From the NCBI GenBank assembly GCA_963817895.1, contig CAWFQB010000001.1:320001-384000 (forward strand): a stretch of 64,000 nucleotides of DNA. Direction: 5' to 3'. Below the pieces are notes generated by a model that was not told where the DNA came from, ran no database searches, and saw only the letters and a list, made by a program, of their open reading frames with translations. The translations under genes and the position numbers were made by a program. Of the stretch, positions 52,740 through 63,226 are shown one piece after another. The stretch's first letter is position 1. Each line of letters opens with the position of its first letter. The stretch comes from an uncultured Chthonomonadaceae bacterium (GTDB taxonomy: Bacteria; Armatimonadota; Chthonomonadetes; Chthonomonadales; Chthonomonadaceae).

Positions 52740-53667
52740 ATTTAGCGTCACACGTCGTGAACTACTGCTTGGTGGCTTTGCATTGGGCGGAAGCGTGATG
52801 GTGGGAGAAACGCCTGCTTTTGCCGCGCCTGCGGTTGCGGATTTTACTTTTGTTCATATCACGGATATGCACATTCAGCCGGAGTTGGGGGCGGAAAAGG
52901 GCGTTCGCAAGGCGTTTGCGGCGGTCAAAGCGTTGCCGCGCAAGCCCGCGTTCGCGCTTGTCGGAGGCGATCTGGTGATGGATGCCGCGCTTGTGCCGCG
53001 TTCCCGCGCTGATTTAGTCTATGGAATGTGGCGCGACGCGGCGCGGGAACTCGCCTTGCCGCTGCATTACTCCATCGGCAACCACGATTTGTACGGCTTG
53101 AAGGAGGCGGATGTGGCTCGCGCCGCCGATCCCGATTACGGCAAGGGATTGTGGAAAAAGCGGCTTGGCCTGGAACGTGGTTATGATACATTCGATCATC
53201 AGGGCTGGCGGTTTGTCACGCTCAACTCTGCCGGAATCACGCCCGAAGGCAGTTGGGAGGGCGTATTGCATGACGAGGAGATCGCGTGGCTGGACAGCCT
53301 GCTACGTAAAACGCCCCGCGCCATGCCGATGGTCTTCCTGACGCACTTTCCCATTTTCACCATTTTCAATCAGTACGTAGAAGGCACGACAACCGCTCTG
53401 CCGCCCGGTATGGTCGTCAAGAACGGCAAAACGTTCAAGGAGATGATCCAAAACCACAACGTCAAAGCGGTTTTTCAGGGACATACGCACGTTGTCGAGG
53501 AGGTTACGTATCTCGGTACGCGCTATATCACAGGCGGGGCGGTATGCGGCGACTGGTGGAAAGGCAAGCGGCTGGGCGTTCACCCGGAGGGCTTTGTAGT
53601 CGCGTCCGTAAAAGGTGAAAACCTGACGTGGAAATACATGCCCTATGGGTGGACGGCACAGAAGTAG
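52732..53667 (+). CDS. Metallophosphoesterase (Tat signal)
   Basis: TRRE, DMH, GGD, GNHD, GHTH. Confidence 0.9.
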   Translation: MPEFSVTRRELLLGGFALGGSVMVGETPAFAAPAVADFTFVHITDMHIQPELGAEKGVRKAFAAVKALPRKPAFALVGGDLVMDAALVPRSRADLVYGMWRDAARELALPLHYSIGNHDLYGLKEADVARAADPDYGKGLWKKRLGLERGYDTFDHQGWRFVTLNSAGITPEGSWEGVLHDEEIAWLDSLLRKTPRAMPMVFLTHFPIFTIFNQYVEGTTTALPPGMVVKNGKTFKEMIQNHNVKAVFQGHTHVVEEVTYLGTRYITGGAVCGDWWKGKRLGVHPEGFVVASVKGENLTWKYMPYGWTAQK

Positions 53668-53793
53668 CAACGCAGACGGAAACGCTCGGAATGCCCGCCA
53701 GCCTGCGTGTTGCTTGACAGCGGCAAGGTAAACTCGTTATACTTACGGAGAGTACAGGCACTTCTTTCACGCTTCACAGGAGCCGCGCCCATT

Positions 53794-54621
53794 ATGGCAG
53801 AAGACACAAGAACACTTTCCGAAGTTCGCGAACAGGAGACCGCCAACGGCCTGAAATGGATCGGCATTGGCGCGGGCATCATCGTGTTCGCGCTGATTAT
53901 GATCTGGATTTTGAAGGTCGCCCTGCGGGGCAATCCCAACCTGACGCACACCATGCAGATCGGCATGTATCTGGGGATTGCCGCCGGGTTTGCCGTGATC
54001 GCGGGCGCGGCGTACCGCATGAGTCAGGTAAAAAACATCCAGACGGTCGCGTTTACCTGCCCCTATTGCGACGCGACGAATCAGTTGATGTCGGAACCGA
54101 CAACGAATTTTGAATGCGAAAACTGCAACCAGACCGTGCGTTTCGAGAATGGCGTCCTCGTTCCCATTCGCGTGGTCAGCTGCGGCTCATGCGGAACCGA
54201 CAACCGCGTGTCCGTCAAATCCAACCGTTTTATCTGTCAGAAGTGCAACGCCACGATTCAGGTGCAGGCTGAACAGCCGGCGTTTGGCGCGGCCCCGGCT
54301 CAGGTGGCAACCCCGGCTTACAATACCGCTGTAGTGGGCACAATGCCGACTGCCGCGCCCCCGCCACAACCCGTCCGCCTGCTGACCGAACACAACATGG
54401 ACGCGCTGATTTACTCTTATGACCATACCCGCGAAGCGCATCTGCTTGCCAATCTGCAAACCCTGCTAGGCGTGGACGCCGAGCAGATAAAGCGGCTGAC
54501 GGGAACCATTTCCGACCGTTCGCCCCTCGTGGTAGGCGTGGACATGCCCCAGGCGGAAGCGGAAGCCCTGCGCGTCCAATTGTCGCAATTAGGGGCGAAT
54601 GTGCATTTGAGGCCGAGTTAG
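53794..54621 (+). CDS. Two-TM protein with four CxxC motifs and an L7/L12-CTD-like C-terminus
   Basis: CPYC, CENC, CGSC, CQKC; PLVV...AEAEALRVQLSQLGANV. Confidence 0.65.
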   Translation: MAEDTRTLSEVREQETANGLKWIGIGAGIIVFALIMIWILKVALRGNPNLTHTMQIGMYLGIAAGFAVIAGAAYRMSQVKNIQTVAFTCPYCDATNQLMSEPTTNFECENCNQTVRFENGVLVPIRVVSCGSCGTDNRVSVKSNRFICQKCNATIQVQAEQPAFGAAPAQVATPAYNTAVVGTMPTAAPPPQPVRLLTEHNMDALIYSYDHTREAHLLANLQTLLGVDAEQIKRLTGTISDRSPLVVGVDMPQAEAEALRVQLSQLGANVHLRPS

Positions 54622-54691
54622 GAGTGAGAGTGAGAGTGAAGAGTGAGAGAAAGGAACTTGTCTTTTCTCTCACTCTTCGCTCTCACTCTCC
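54622..54691. repeat. Inverted (GAGAGT)n ... (ACTCTC)n array
   Basis: Intergenic tandem and inverted short repeats. Confidence 0.75.
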
Positions 54692-54696
54692 ACTTT

Positions 54697-54969
54697 ATGG
54701 AGACTGCCGTGCCCGTAATCGTGTACATGACGAGTTGGTGTCCCGACTGTACCCGCTCCCGGCGCGTGTTGCAGCGTTCCGATGTGGCGTTTGTCGAGAT
54801 TGATATTGACAAGATCGAGAGCGCGGAGGACGCCATGCGCGCGCAAAACGGCGGTTCCGGCAAAGTGCCTACCATTTTGATGGACACGCCGAACGGTCGC
54901 ATTGTCCTGATTGAGCCGAGCGATAAGGAACTGTCGGACGCGCTGGCAAGGTTGCCTGCAACCGTTTGA
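54697..54969 (+). CDS. Glutaredoxin/NrdH-like redoxin
   Basis: WCPDC, VPTI. Confidence 0.85.
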   Translation: METAVPVIVYMTSWCPDCTRSRRVLQRSDVAFVEIDIDKIESAEDAMRAQNGGSGKVPTILMDTPNGRIVLIEPSDKELSDALARLPATV

Positions 54970-55076
54970 AGGCGAACACAAAGATAGCCGGACAGACAAT
55001 ACAAGATTGTCTGTCCGGCTATTATGTCGCTCACCTGAACCCTCTTCCAGTTACGGGCAAGGGGTTAAAATCGTAG

Positions 55077-55352
55077 TTACTTCTTGAGGTGCTGGCGCGA
55101 TTTCTTGGTCAGTTCTTTCGGCAGCGGCTTGACGCCGGTGAGATAGTCCTGAAAGTTGCGGCTGCTCATCACGCTGGTCGTGACTTTCAGGCGCACTTTA
55201 CCTTCGGGCGTGTTGACCGTCACGGTCTGCAAATTCGGCAGGAACGTGTGATTGGTTTTGGGGGCGCGCAGGTTCCACGCGCCGGAGTGCGGGTGGCGTC
55301 GCCGATGCCCTTTGAGGGGGCCGGCCCCGGACACCTGACAAACTCGGGACAT
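55077..55352 (-). CDS. rpmB: 50S ribosomal protein L28
   Basis: MSRVCQVSG...KTNHTFLPNLQ...VRLKV; SD AAGGAG; TTGACA/TATATT promoter at 55451-55480. Confidence 0.85.
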   Translation of the reverse strand: MSRVCQVSGAGPLKGHRRRHPHSGAWNLRAPKTNHTFLPNLQTVTVNTPEGKVRLKVTTSVMSSRNFQDYLTGVKPLPKELTKKSRQHLKK

Positions 55353-55521
55353 AATAGTTCTCCTTAAAAATTGGGTATCGGCCTGATAAAACACAAGGGC
55401 AAGTGGAACACCTTTTGTATGCGCAATGGCGCAGGCGCGACAGACTTCCCAATATACCGCACTTTCCCGCCGCCTGTCAAGAATTTTGGCGACAAGTGTG
55501 GTGACTTCCTATTTTCAGGGA

Positions 55522-56334
55522 TTACACTACGCCCATCTGAAGCAGATGCCTCCGTACTCCCTCCTCCACATCGTTTGGGTATTCCACGCCATTTTGTTCG
55601 CATGCAGCCCGCGCGTCCCGCGCAAAGACGTCCATTTCCTCCCGTATGGCGAGGGCGATAGCCTGCGCTTCCGGGGCGGGGAAATAGATTTTGAGTTCCT
55701 GCTGATGGTTCTCGGAAAGCCGGTGCAGGCTGCTCACCCACCAGCCGTCGGGAGCGAGGCCGTTCCCCGTAAGCGCAACTTTCAGATGAGTCTGGAAGAG
55801 AGTTTGCTGCACATACAACATTTTATAAATATCGCTGCGACTGTGATACTTGCCGTTAAGGTACATGTAAATCCAATAGGTGGTGATGTCGCGGCTAAGT
55901 CCGTTCGCATGGGAAGCGGGAGTGGCGGGCAGCGAAGGGAGGGCAGCGAAGAGGCCATTGCGGTCGAAGACCACCTGCTTTGGAGCCGCGCCGGGTCCCT
56001 TATGCGCTTCCCCAACGGAACTGATGTAAAAGTCATAAAGCAGTACCGCATCGTCGCAGGCAAACAAAAAGGCAAAGTTACACGATTGGGGCCGCTCACC
56101 CTCCGGCAGCCACGCGAGAATCGGGCCACACAGCCGCTCGCAAAGCGAACGCAGTTCGGATTTGACGGCCTCATATTCCAGATCGTCAACGACGATGGCA
56201 AGGTCAACATCAGAATACGCATCTGCCGTCTCGTTGCCGAGCGAGCCCCACAGGTACATCGCGGCGCAACGGCGGTCAGCCTGAAAATGCGCCTCGATTC
56301 TGGCAAGCGAAGCGCGAAGACCGGGATGGATCAC
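55522..56334 (-). CDS. Nucleotidyltransferase (pol-beta superfamily)
   Basis: GSLG...DAYSDVDL motif. Confidence 0.75.
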   Translation of the reverse strand: MIHPGLRASLARIEAHFQADRRCAAMYLWGSLGNETADAYSDVDLAIVVDDLEYEAVKSELRSLCERLCGPILAWLPEGERPQSCNFAFLFACDDAVLLYDFYISSVGEAHKGPGAAPKQVVFDRNGLFAALPSLPATPASHANGLSRDITTYWIYMYLNGKYHSRSDIYKMLYVQQTLFQTHLKVALTGNGLAPDGWWVSSLHRLSENHQQELKIYFPAPEAQAIALAIREEMDVFARDARAACEQNGVEYPNDVEEGVRRHLLQMGVV

Positions 56335-56460
56335 AGGAACTCTCCTTACGGGCCGCCGTCCGTGTTAAACAGTCCGCGCGGTTCTGCGCCGGGACGCAGG
56401 CGCAGTTTGAACGTGCAGCGCGTGTTACTACAAACAGGTGACGGATAGTTTTCGTAAAAC

Positions 56461-56505
56461 AAATCCATTTCTCACCCTGCCTTCAGGCGGGTGAGAAATG
56501 GATTT
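56461..56505 (-). terminator. Terminator hairpin
   Basis: AAATCCATTTCTCACCC...GGGTGAGAAATGGATTT. Confidence 0.7.
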
Positions 56506-56524
56506 CCTGTTGAAAAAGCGTTCT

Positions 56525-56992
56525 CTAAGGAGCGTCAAAAAGCGACAATTCCTCGTCTGTTGGCGCTTGAAAAACCTCGGCGCACTGCGCAAATTGGTCG
56601 CGTGTTATCGGGGGATTTTCCATGCCGCGACGTTGAACCCGCTCGAAGAGAACCTCAATCGGAGCCGTGAGGTAGTGCAATTCAACCGCAGCGCCCAGCG
56701 CTCTCGCTCCTATCCGTAAGGCATCCCGTTCCGACCTCCCCCATGTCCCCCACTCGATAATCACCGTCAGCCCCAGCGCAAGAAGTTCCCTGCTAAAGTT
56801 CCACTGCAACGCCTCGATTCTGGCTCTCCTGTCTTCATCGTATAAATCCAGATTAAGAGCCTCCATCCACTCATCGGGACAGAAACGAATGGCGTGGAGA
56901 CGATCCGCAAGCAACTTCGCGCGCGTGGTCTTTCCCGCCCCGGGCAAGCCGCAAACAATAATCAATCTTGAGCCAGCGCCAGACGTTTGCAT
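56525..56992 (-). CDS. AAA_33-like P-loop kinase
   Basis: CGLPGAGKTT. Confidence 0.8.
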   Translation of the reverse strand: MQTSGAGSRLIIVCGLPGAGKTTRAKLLADRLHAIRFCPDEWMEALNLDLYDEDRRARIEALQWNFSRELLALGLTVIIEWGTWGRSERDALRIGARALGAAVELHYLTAPIEVLFERVQRRGMENPPITRDQFAQCAEVFQAPTDEELSLFDAP

Positions 56993-57037
56993 AGGGGGTT
57001 TTCTCTTCTCTTTCCGCTATCTCCGCCAGTAAGATGC

Positions 57038-57295
57038 TTACTGGCGATAGCCGCCTTTTGGGACTCGTTCCCGATCAAAAGGAAAGCCTGCGGCGTAGAA
57101 GGGTTTGCGCAATTTTGCGGTGTTGCCGTATGCCAGTTTTTTCAAGGCCGCGAACAGAAGCTCGGAGGTCTGTAACCATGGAAGGTTGAGGGCTTCGGCG
57201 ATTTCGGCAATGGTTGCGCCGTTCTCAAAGAACGTGATAATGTCTGATTCCTGTTGAGTAAGCATGATGATGTCCTTTATGCCAGAATAGTCCAT
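57038..57295 (-). CDS. Small HTH (LuxR/sigma-4-like) protein
   Basis: LTQQESDII...GATIAEIAEALNL. Confidence 0.5.
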   Translation of the reverse strand: MDYSGIKDIIMLTQQESDIITFFENGATIAEIAEALNLPWLQTSELLFAALKKLAYGNTAKLRKPFYAAGFPFDRERVPKGGYRQ

Positions 57296-57408
57296 GTTCA
57301 TCCTGGCACATCTGAGCCTACGCATCAACTTTTGAGTTCTGCTCGTAAGGGTTTTCTGAATTTTGCTTTTTATGCCTGGTAGCATTCGTCAGGAATCGCG
57401 AAGGCCAA

Positions 57409-58443
57409 TCAGACCGATTCATCTAGGCCGATTTCCGCCCAGACAAAAGGTGCTTCACGTTTCAACTGCTCCACTCCTTCAGGAGAAACAAACAAATATG
57501 CTTCCATTAGTGTCCCATGAAAACAATAAGAGTATTTTAAGAGGGAGGTAGCGCTGATAAGACTTCCCAGTTCATGGCGTACGTGAAAATTTACCTTATC
57601 ATATAAATCCAATTGTTCTTCAAAGGTGGCGTTTGGTGCTCCCATTGTCTCATAGTGCATCTCTCGAAATTCAGTAAGTTTTCTTGCCTCATAAGAGTTT
57701 TTAGCACGAAACCACAGTAGTAAAACAGCCTGCCATGGGAATGGCTTACCAGCGAAGCGAGCGCGCAAGATTTCTTTGTTTTTCAAAGCGTGCGCCATGT
57801 AGTAGGCGGCTTCATAAGTAAGTCGTGGCTTTTCTTGCTTAGGCTCTACAAGTTTGCTAGGGACTTCACAGTTTAGACCCTCATGGTCTTCTTGGATGAA
57901 TTGGTAGACTGACATTTCCAGTCCATGCTTGACGTTTGCTGGATAGTAACGAAAAGCAGATACATATCTTCTCCAATAACGCAGAGTTTCATAAACGCGC
58001 ACTCCTACAAGAATCTGATTACCGTCAGCCACACTCATGACTCTCTGTGCCAGATTGATGCCTGCTCCTGCAACGTTTGGATTTCCATTAATGTCGGTTA
58101 TGCGATTGTCCAGATTCTCATTCAAACCAATCCGAACTTTGAACCTTTGCGTATAGTGTTCAGCGTGTTCGTTGTGTTTGTGTACGCCTTTAAGAATGCT
58201 TAAGGCAAGTTGTAAATGAACATCATAAGGTTCTAAGAGGTCAAGTAGCCCTATGCAAATCCCGTCTCCTGTAGGCGAGAGTATATGAGATGACGCAACA
58301 AGCTCATTCGCTTTGAGAGCCTCAATTACAATCTTGTTGAGTGCATCAATAATCTCAGATTGATCCTCCACACACCTATCTAGGGTAAAGCCCACAATAT
58401 CCAAAAAAACGTATTTGGCCTGAGTCGTTTTAGTTTCAGTCAT
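57409..58443 (-). CDS. Class III nucleotide cyclase domain protein with unknown C-terminal domain
   Basis: FLDIVGFT, TGDG, VRIGL, GAGINLAQRVM; AT-rich relative to flanks. Confidence 0.8.
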   Translation of the reverse strand: MTETKTTQAKYVFLDIVGFTLDRCVEDQSEIIDALNKIVIEALKANELVASSHILSPTGDGICIGLLDLLEPYDVHLQLALSILKGVHKHNEHAEHYTQRFKVRIGLNENLDNRITDINGNPNVAGAGINLAQRVMSVADGNQILVGVRVYETLRYWRRYVSAFRYYPANVKHGLEMSVYQFIQEDHEGLNCEVPSKLVEPKQEKPRLTYEAAYYMAHALKNKEILRARFAGKPFPWQAVLLLWFRAKNSYEARKLTEFREMHYETMGAPNATFEEQLDLYDKVNFHVRHELGSLISATSLLKYSYCFHGTLMEAYLFVSPEGVEQLKREAPFVWAEIGLDESV

Positions 58444-58653
58444 TGAAAATGCCTCATAAGGTGAGTTCCCCCACAAGTGCAAACACAAAATGTCGCCGTA
58501 CTGCTGGACGCGGTATAGATCGTTCCCTGTAGTTACCCTTCACAGCGAACTCAATCCTTGTTCAACTTTTGAGAGGTCCATGTTCCTACGCGATACACGA
58601 ATGTCAGACGCAACTGGCCCGGTTCGTTTTCTGTCAGTTCGGCTTGTTCTGCC

Positions 58654-58809
58654 TCATCCTGATACCGAAACATTCGTTCTGCGGTGGAGCGCCATACGTA
58701 GGCACAGCCAGCCGTCAAGCCCACGTTTGTTAAGCATGGCCTTGATCTTATCCAATTCGTTCAAACCGAACTCCGGTGTGTCAATCTCATATTCAAGTGC
58801 TTCTTGCAT
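58654..58809 (-). CDS. Small DUF4177-like protein (51 aa)
   Basis: SD AAGGAGG; MQEALEYEI...LNKRGLDGW. Confidence 0.4.
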   Translation of the reverse strand: MQEALEYEIDTPEFGLNELDKIKAMLNKRGLDGWLCLRMALHRRTNVSVSG

Positions 58810-59135
58810 AGTAGTTACCCCTCCCTTCTCAAACGACTTCCCGCAGTCGGGTCTTTTGCGAGACGCGACTGTGTATTTTTGTCTGGCTGATTCTACCGTA
58901 TTTTTACATGTTTTGCAACTTACATATTAGCAATTTGGCGCAACACGGCACTATGCTTACTTTCTAGCGTTGCCCGACTTTCACGCGCAGATCGCGCAGC
59001 AGGGGGACCGGCAGGCCGTAGATAGCATGAGCCTGCGAGATCGTGATCAGGGCGTCTTCGGGCGCGGGCAGGGCGTGGAGGGCATTGCTGTGGCGGAAGT
59101 TGACTATGACACAAACACACGCTATCCTCTCATAT

Positions 59136-59566
59136 CAGGGCCGACGCATCCAAGATGATCAACACCTGTGCTGTCGTGGCACATTCGCCACTATGTTGCG
59201 CCTGTCCTCTCTCCCCGTCGCCAAATTCAGCAAGAACACGCAAAAACGTAGAAAAATATCTGCGTAAATGGCAGAAACAAACGAACCTTCTCCATGTATG
59301 CCTCGTCTTAATCCTTACGCATGTCTACTAAACAAAGACTGCTAACAAGCCGGGCGGCGGGACGTTGAGAGTCTAAAATTCCTTTCAACAATCTAACCTG
59401 GAAGGGAGGTGCAAGAGGATGCCTGTATATACTCGGTCGCCGTAACACTTTCGAGGTCACGACGCCTCTACATACAATTTGACATAACGAGACACTGGGC
59501 TGGAAGCGCTGCATTGCCACTATTTCGACGCTGTCTCTACATACCTTTTTCTTTTCTCATTTAGAG
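59136..59566 (+). repeat. Copy B of the ~420-bp dispersed element
   Basis: Homologous to 36642-37061. Confidence 0.85.
59419..59445 (+). CDS. Candidate micro-ORF MPVYTRSP (copy B)
   Basis: SD GGAGGTG; ATG CCT GTA TAT ACT CGG TCG CCG TAA. Confidence 0.55.
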   Translation: MPVYTRSP

Positions 59567-59602
59567 CGGATGCTGTGGGCCAACCGCAGAGCAGCTTGCA
59601 AC

Positions 59603-59658
59603 CTTAACGTAACCTTAATCAAAACTTAACGTTCTCTTAATACTCCGGTGGTTATAAT
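59603..59658 (+). promoter_or_regulatory. Four CTTAA direct repeats at 11-bp period plus TATAAT (Pho-box-like)
   Basis: CTTAA at 59603, 59614, 59625 and 59636; -10 at 59653-59658. Confidence 0.6.
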
Positions 59659-59751
59659 AAGTATGTCGCTGAATCACGATGTCGCGACTATCCTGCAAGC
59701 CCGCTGCATAGCTGCATTTGGGCTGCCGCCTTGAGTTTGAGGAGATAACCA

Positions 59752-60603
59752 TTGAAACGCAAAGCGTTTACCCTGATTGAGCTACTCGTCGTTATTGCCA
59801 TTATCGCTATTCTGGCGGCTATTCTGTTCCCCGTGTTTGCGCAGGCGCGGGAAAAGGCCCGACAGACAAGCTGCCTTTCCAACAACAAACAGCTAGGGCT
59901 TGCATTGAGCATGTACGCTCAAGATTATGATGGCACGCTGATGCAGACTTCGTGGGAACTTGGCAGTTTCAAGGCCAAAGTGCATTGGTCGTACCTGGTG
60001 CAGCCTTACGTCAAGAATCAACAGATTTTCGTGTGTCCCTCCGACCCTACGCCCGTAAAGCCCCTGAACCGATTGTGCGGCCCCGGCGACACCGTTGGCG
60101 TAACCCTGTGCGACGCGCAGGCTCCCCTGTTCTCGTACATCAACAGCTACAACGTGATGCCCGCCCACGACTGGCTGCCGCCGTCAGAAGCCGCCATTGA
60201 CAAGGCCGCCAATACCATTGTTTTAGGGGAACGCCGCAACAATATGAACGACCCCGCCATGACGCTTATCGGGCAATGGAAGGGAACATCGGCCTTTGTC
60301 GCCACGAGCGGCGGACATGGAACCGGCAGCGGCAGCGGCCAGATTTGCCCCGGCGACACCTTTCGCTTTGTGACGCTTGCCGATGTCAATGCGGGACTTG
60401 CGCCCACCAACAGCAACGACAACCCGGAAATCGTGCGCGTGAAATTCGACCGGCACACGGGCGGTTCCAACTACGCCTTTTTCGACGGTCATGCCAAGTG
60501 GTTCCGATTGGAACAGACGTTCGATCCCGGCAACTGGCAGTGGGGCGACAAGTGGTATCCCACGCCGAACCCGGACCCGCGCGCCGCTTCCAAATGTAAA
60601 TAA
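59752..60603 (+). CDS. Prepilin-type N-terminal methylation / DUF1559 / H-X9-DG protein
   Basis: [50 protein letters not shown]. Confidence 0.92.
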   Translation: MKRKAFTLIELLVVIAIIAILAAILFPVFAQAREKARQTSCLSNNKQLGLALSMYAQDYDGTLMQTSWELGSFKAKVHWSYLVQPYVKNQQIFVCPSDPTPVKPLNRLCGPGDTVGVTLCDAQAPLFSYINSYNVMPAHDWLPPSEAAIDKAANTIVLGERRNNMNDPAMTLIGQWKGTSAFVATSGGHGTGSGSGQICPGDTFRFVTLADVNAGLAPTNSNDNPEIVRVKFDRHTGGSNYAFFDGHAKWFRLEQTFDPGNWQWGDKWYPTPNPDPRAASKCK

Positions 60604-60629
60604 CGCTCACATCGCTTGAAGCGATAAAG

Positions 60630-60661
60630 AAAGCCCCGTGCAGGAGACTGCGCGGGGCTTT
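60630..60661 (+). terminator. Rho-independent terminator
   Basis: AAAGCCCCG...CGGGGCTTT hairpin. Confidence 0.7.
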
Positions 60662-60838
60662 GGCGTGTATAAGGCCATGTTTATGCAAGGCTTGCAGAAT
60701 GATTGCAAGCCTTGTCTCTCTTTGCCACTATTTTCTGAATGACAGCAAAATCTCCTCACCAGTGCCGATAACAGGGTATGATAATGTAGTATCCCAAAAT
60801 TTGCCGCGCGTTCGTCCTACGCAGGAGTTGATGAACCC

Positions 60839-63226
60839 ATGATTGACACGCCTCCGCCTTATGAGAGGGTTCGGGAACAGGAGCCTTCGCCCCTTGCGCC
60901 CGCCCCGATTTAAAAAGCTTCCTTAAACCGCTCGATACGCAAACTGCTGTTCGGCAACCCCATTTCCAGCGAACACGCGGAACACACGCTGTTATCCAAA
61001 ATCATCGCGCTCCCCGTGTTCGCGTCCGATGCGATCTCTTCCACCGCGTATGCCACGCAGGAGATCATACTGGCATTGGGCGCGGCGGGATTGTGGATGC
61101 AATCGCAGCAGGGCGCGTACTCGAACTATACGATGCTGATTGCCAGCCTGATTGTCGGCCTGCTCGTGATTGTCGTCACTTCGTACTGGCAGACCATTCA
61201 CGCTTATCCAAGCGGCGGCGGCTCTTATATTGTTTCCAAAGAGAATCTGGGCGCGAATTACGGCCTGATCGCGGCGGGCGCGTTGCTAATAGACTACGTG
61301 CTGACGGTATCGGTATCCATTGCCGCCGGCGTACAGAACCTTGCAAGCGTCCCCTTTGTGGAACACTATCTGATGCCGGACAGGCATCTTGTGTTGTACT
61401 GCCTGCTGTTTATCGCTCTGTTGACCCTGGCGAACTTTCGCGGCCTGAAGGAGTCCGGGTCGCTGTTCGCCATCCCCACCTACATATTTGTGCTGATGTG
61501 CTATATCATGATCGGCGTGGGAGCCTGTCAGGTATTCGGCTGGTTCGGAATGCACGCGCATACGGAAGAAATACGGCAAATCGCCGCCAATCACCCGCAG
61601 GGGGCGGAAGCCGCCGCCAAAGCCGTTTCCACGTTCGGCTGGCTGATTCTGCTGAAAGCGTTCGCCAACGGCTGCGCCGCCATGACGGGAACCGAGGCCG
61701 TCAGCAACGGCATTCCCGCCTTTCAGGAACCCAAATCGCGCAACGCGCAGCTTACCCTTCTGGCAATGGGCGTGATTCTCGGCAGCCTGTTTATCGGCAT
61801 CTCGTGGCTGGCGACACAATTGCACATCGTTTACTACACCACTGGCCCCAATCCTTCGCCTGCGGTCATTGACCAGATTTCCGGCGCGATATTCGGCAAA
61901 ACGGGCGGCGGCAGCATCTTTTATCTGACGACGCAGTTCTTTACCGCCGCTATTCTGGTCCTTGCCGCCAATACCAGTTATGCCGACTTTCCGCGCCTCG
62001 CGTCCATTCTGGCCCGTGACCGCTATATGCCCAAGCAGTTCTCCAATCTGGGTGACAAACTGGTGTTCAACAACGGTATCATGCTGCTCGGCGTATTTGC
62101 CGCTGTATTGATTGTGGTGAAAAAGGGCGAAGTGGACGCGCTGATTCCGCTGTACGCGACGGGCGTTTTCACCGCGTTTACGCTGTCACAGGCGGGCATG
62201 GTCAAGCACTGGTTTGATCTGCGCGAACGTGGCTGGCAGATGAAAGCGGTTATCAACGGTGTCGGCGCGGTTGCCACTACCATTGTGCTTGTCACCATCG
62301 TTTATGAAAAATTCACCGAAGGCGCGTGGATCATTGTATTTCTGATTGCCCTGCTGTTTATCATGTTCAAGAAAATTCACGGACACTATCTGGACGTGGC
62401 GCAGCAGCTCAAACTCGCCAACTATGAATCCCCGGTCACGCCCCTGAAAAATACGGTTCTGGTGCTGGTTCCCGCCCTGCATCGTGGCGTGATGCCCGCG
62501 CTGGACTACGCGCGTTCGCTGTCTTCGGATTGCCGCGCTGTCCACATCTGCACCGACCCGGAACGGACGCCGCAACTGCGCGAACGTTGGGAACAGTGGG
62601 GGCATGACGTTCCCCTTGTCATTCTGAATTCGCCGTACCGTTCCCTGCTCGGCCCCATTATGCGGTATCTGGACGCCGTTCAGCACGAGCGGCGCAACCA
62701 TACGGTTACGGTTGTCGTGCCGGAATTTGTGCCGACCAAGAAGTGGCATGCCCTGCTGCACGGACAATCCGGCTTCCGGCTGAAACTGGCGCTGCTCAGT
62801 CGGCGCGACGTGGTTGTGGCGAACGTGCGCTACTATCTGGCGCACTCGGAATCGCCGCCGCCCTCGGACGCGCTTGCCGAAGAGGACGCGGGTTTGCATG
62901 ACGCGAACGGACATCACGGACACCAGCCGCCTGTTGACCTTGCCGAAAGCATAGCGCAGCAGGCGATGGAAACCCCGAATATCGGCAGCGCGCAGGACTT
63001 AGCCCTTGCCGGGGATACGGGTTATAATGCGCCCGACGCCCAAAACAGCGCGCAGGCATCGGAGGCAAACGGGCAGGCGGTTTCCCCGACAGGCACACTG
63101 GAAGAGCAGCGGGCGTATGAGACGGGGCTGAACAATCCCCCCGTCGCGCGCCGAAACGATAGCGCGTGGGGTACGGGAACAAACGGCAATGATTCCAATG
63201 ATCCGGCAGCGGGGGGACGCGCATGA
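60839..63226 (+). CDS. APC-superfamily KimA-like K+ transporter (N-terminal frameshift near 60900)
   Basis: LLFGNP...LPVFASDAISSTAYAT, AYPSGGGSY, TGTEAVSNG, SPYRSL, VVVPEF. Confidence 0.85.

Noticed and set aside
36642..59566. The two inverted ~420-bp elements as ends of a 23-kb composite transposon
   Set aside because: The enclosed region includes tRNAs, rpmB and housekeeping genes; the copies are clearly diverged; no cognate transposase or target duplication was seen.
60662..60838. c-di-AMP (ydaO) riboswitch upstream of the KimA-like gene
   Set aside because: I could not identify the conserved riboswitch motifs by eye; an Rfam/Infernal search would settle it.
3422..61020. Many frameshifts (lipoproteins, PQQ protein, dprA, SDR, OYE, ADH, IrrE, RM, KimA) read as mass pseudogenisation or programmed recoding
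   Set aside because: They are scattered single-base indels in otherwise intact, unrelated genes, which is most simply explained by long-read consensus error. Reads are needed to decide.
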